From the NCBI GenBank assembly GCA_002633005.1, contig NMRA01000485.1, positions 58,279 to 122,278 of the forward strand: a stretch of 64,000 nt of DNA. Reading direction: 5' to 3'. The position numbers and the translations under genes are program-made. The notes under the pieces were generated by a model. That model was not told the DNA's origin and did not search any database. It worked only from the letters and a program-made list of their open reading frames with translations. Within the stretch, counting starts at the first letter, position 1. Each line of letters starts with the position of its first letter. Origin of the DNA: Phoronis australis. Lineage: Eukaryota; Animalia; Phoronida. Shown piece by piece: positions 61,228 to 64,000 of the stretch.

Positions 61228-64000
61228 TACACTCTAAATATGAACACTGGAGGCTTTACAATGTATTCCATGACATCACTTGCCATAAAGCAACAACAGT
61301 GTGTATGTATATCCTCGGCAGGGGAGGAATAGGCAGACGTTACAAAAGAAATTATACCCTAGTTTGAATGCTCATGTCTTGTTGCTGGGCTCAGGAATAT
61401 TCATGAAAATGACAAAAAAATGATTCAAGAAACTTCCCGAACTTTTGCATGGGACGAAATTAACAAATTTAAGAGTGGAGAAAAATAACAATTTATTGGG
61501 ACTGCTTCAAAACACTTAATAAGATACCAAACTCAGTTTTGAACAATTAGCAAGAGTTAATCCTAGATTTCAGATTTCGGTCTCATGAGCAATCGTGGCT
61601 ATGTCCAGAATTTTATACTCTGAACATGTTGACAAAGTGGTGATATTTTGGTAACCATGAGGGCATGCCAACCACGGGTTTAAGGTCATATGCACTATAA
61701 AGGTTTTATTTACACTCTAGCATGATTAAACTAACATGAGCATTTTCTGTTGATTACTCAGAATGCGAGTCTCTTTCGGTCACTAAATGGATCACCAAGG
61801 CAGTTAGCAATTCAGATCCGAAAAAGTAGGCAAACCCACCATTGAAGCGTGCACTCTCCGAAGTTCCTGAATGAAACTTTTATAAGTACTATTAAAAAAC
61901 ATAATTTGAGTAAAAGAGAAACAGTAATTGTCACCAACTGTAACTTTCTGAGACCCCGATTTTGACATGGAAATGCTCACATCAGAAAAATTATTGAAGT
62001 AATTGTCATTTTTTCCATTTTTAAAAGCTTATTACTTTGCTACAAATGTTTTATTACATGAAACTACACAAGACAAACCATATTAGTAATAGACTAAACT
62101 TTTTATAATAATGTTTGAGGAGAAATTTGCCAGAAAAAAATCACACTTGTCAGCCATTATCTTGTGAGCTAAATAAGTGAAGAATTATAATACTTTTTGG
62201 ACATCCTGTAAAGGTCATGGTCAGTCACAAAATGTCATACAAGGTGGGCATTCACAAAGAAATGGGTGTTTCAGTGAGTTTCAACATCAGTGCAGCCATT
62301 AATCAGTGGAAATGTTTGACATTCGGAAGTGGGTATTTCACCAAATGCAAGACGTCAAGTAACTATACATGTCATGCTACATCACAGAGTCATGAAAACA
62401 TGCAATTAACTTAAAATGCTAAAAATAAAAGTCATAAATCTTTTTTTCAAGACAATTGTTGACTTATTACCATGTTGGGGCAGCAACATGTCTCACTGCA
62501 CTGGGTATTAGAAATATGAAAAATTGCGTGACCTGACATTGTGAAGTCGTTGCATCATGTCAGGAAAGACGTATATACACTGAACACTGCAATTTTTCAC
62601 AGTCAAATAAGGCAGGTAAACCCTGTGACGTCAGTCATAAATGAACAGATATCTGCAAGAAAAGATTTATAATTGCTATGTATGGTATTCCAGGATGGAT
62701 GAATATTCAAAGGTTTAATTATGTTAAAGTACAGCAGGAAGTCACCAAAACATACAATTAAACAAGCACATTATACTTAGTAATATCATCAAATGCAATT
62801 AATGCATGCAATTAACAAACTGTTCTTATTAGTACTATCATTACTATTACTATCTATTATATAAAATGCATCGTTTGCACAAACTCCATCCCCCCGCTCC
62901 ACTACAGACCTTTGTTGCGCCCGTTTCGGCACCGCCTTGGTCCCAGGTATTGCACCGGCCCCATATTTGGTTTCGAGGTGTTCTATTTTTTTCTCGCGGA
63001 ACGTTTTTTCGCGGACGCGGAGGGAAGGTGGTCACTTTGACTACTGGCCTTCGTGACGTCAGTCGGTCAGCGGAAAGGCCTGGGTGACGTCACTCCATCG
63101 GCTTAATTTCACTCCCTCAAGCTTCTATCGCGTATATAATTCATCGGTCCTGTTGCCGCCAGAATTAATGACACCTCATTAAAAAATTTTTACTCTTCCT
63201 TGAGTAAACTACATAATTTACCCCGGTGTTGGAAAACTGGCGTTCTTCAGTTATTCTGCTGCTAAAATTGTGATGCGATTTTTGGGCGCCATTGCGTCAA
63301 CTATCGGGCCAATTTCCATGTTCTTCAATCAACTGTGGAGGTTGCGTACATGTCATAACAATTGGAAGTGGTTTCATTTCGTTACAAGTTTTTACTATTT
63401 TAATACCAAAGAAACAATTTTACAAAAATACTCTTGAGAGATATCGCAAAGTTTTGGAAAATGGTGCGTAGGTGCGCGTGTCACGAGATTGCACTGTTTT
63501 CAAAACGACGACAGATAGGAGTTTCCTTTGTTACAAAAGGCGGAGAATTACGAAAAATAACGTTAATTTACTTCTATAAACGGCTGTAACGGGCACTGTG
63601 AATGTGGATTTATGCCCAGATTCTGCATGCACCCCTACAGGTTGTTAGCTCTAGGTTTCACGATGAGGTGACGAACTGAGCACCCGGATTGTGTGAAATT
63701 TCGGTGTCTAACAGAGCTCTACACACGGCTACCTAGCTGTATGTTTATGACAGTCTTCATACAGCTACCTGGCTTTCTACCCCAGTATGTACGGTAAAGT
63801 CGCGTGATTTTCGGACACTGAAAATTAATTCCAATAGAAAAAATTCATTCTTGGACGAATCTCGCGAAATATCATTTTGTGGTGTCCGAATTTGGCGGAC
63901 CTCCAAATTTGGGTTTCCGCTAGTGTCCGAATTTCGTGGGTGTACATTATTTCGATGAGCGGTCGTAGTATCAACAATGCTGGCTCGGTCATTTGATAGC

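Noticed and set aside
53710-64000. First exon or promoter of the SLC12 gene, for example the GC-rich patch at 62880-63100
   Set aside because: No N-terminal NKCC motifs (RFxV, phospho-Thr cluster, RPTL.ELH-like) or spliceable frame was found by eye, so the start probably lies outside the window.

Overview
AT-rich animal (probably marine invertebrate) genomic DNA; the species cannot be determined from the sequence. Almost the whole window is one minus-strand Na-K-2Cl cotransporter gene (SLC12A2/NKCC-like, co-orthologous to SLC12A1/2/3). I could splice 22 GT-AG exons from 53709 down to a TAG stop at 1465. They give a continuous 2871-nt frame (956 aa plus stop), from ...KFGWIQGVL to ...[12 protein letters not shown]. 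The N-terminal exon(s) appear to lie beyond 64000. Five exons occur twice next to single-N joins (3284, 6230, 23313). These look like uncollapsed haplotypes around polymorphic transposon insertions rather than real exon duplication. Introns hold MITEs, a split Helentron-type element, LINE, Penelope and THAP relics, tRNA-derived heads and minisatellites. The most interesting signal is a small non-coding element in the last intron: a tRNA-like Pol III head flanked by long inverted arms, each carrying a minimal type-I hammerhead ribozyme motif and a shared tail. A diverged relative lies at about 25.2 kb. This is a candidate SINE-like retrozyme family that may be mobilised by Penelope-like elements. 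A 15-nt in-frame microexon candidate lies in the variable C-terminal loop. All calls were made by eye, without alignment or folding software.
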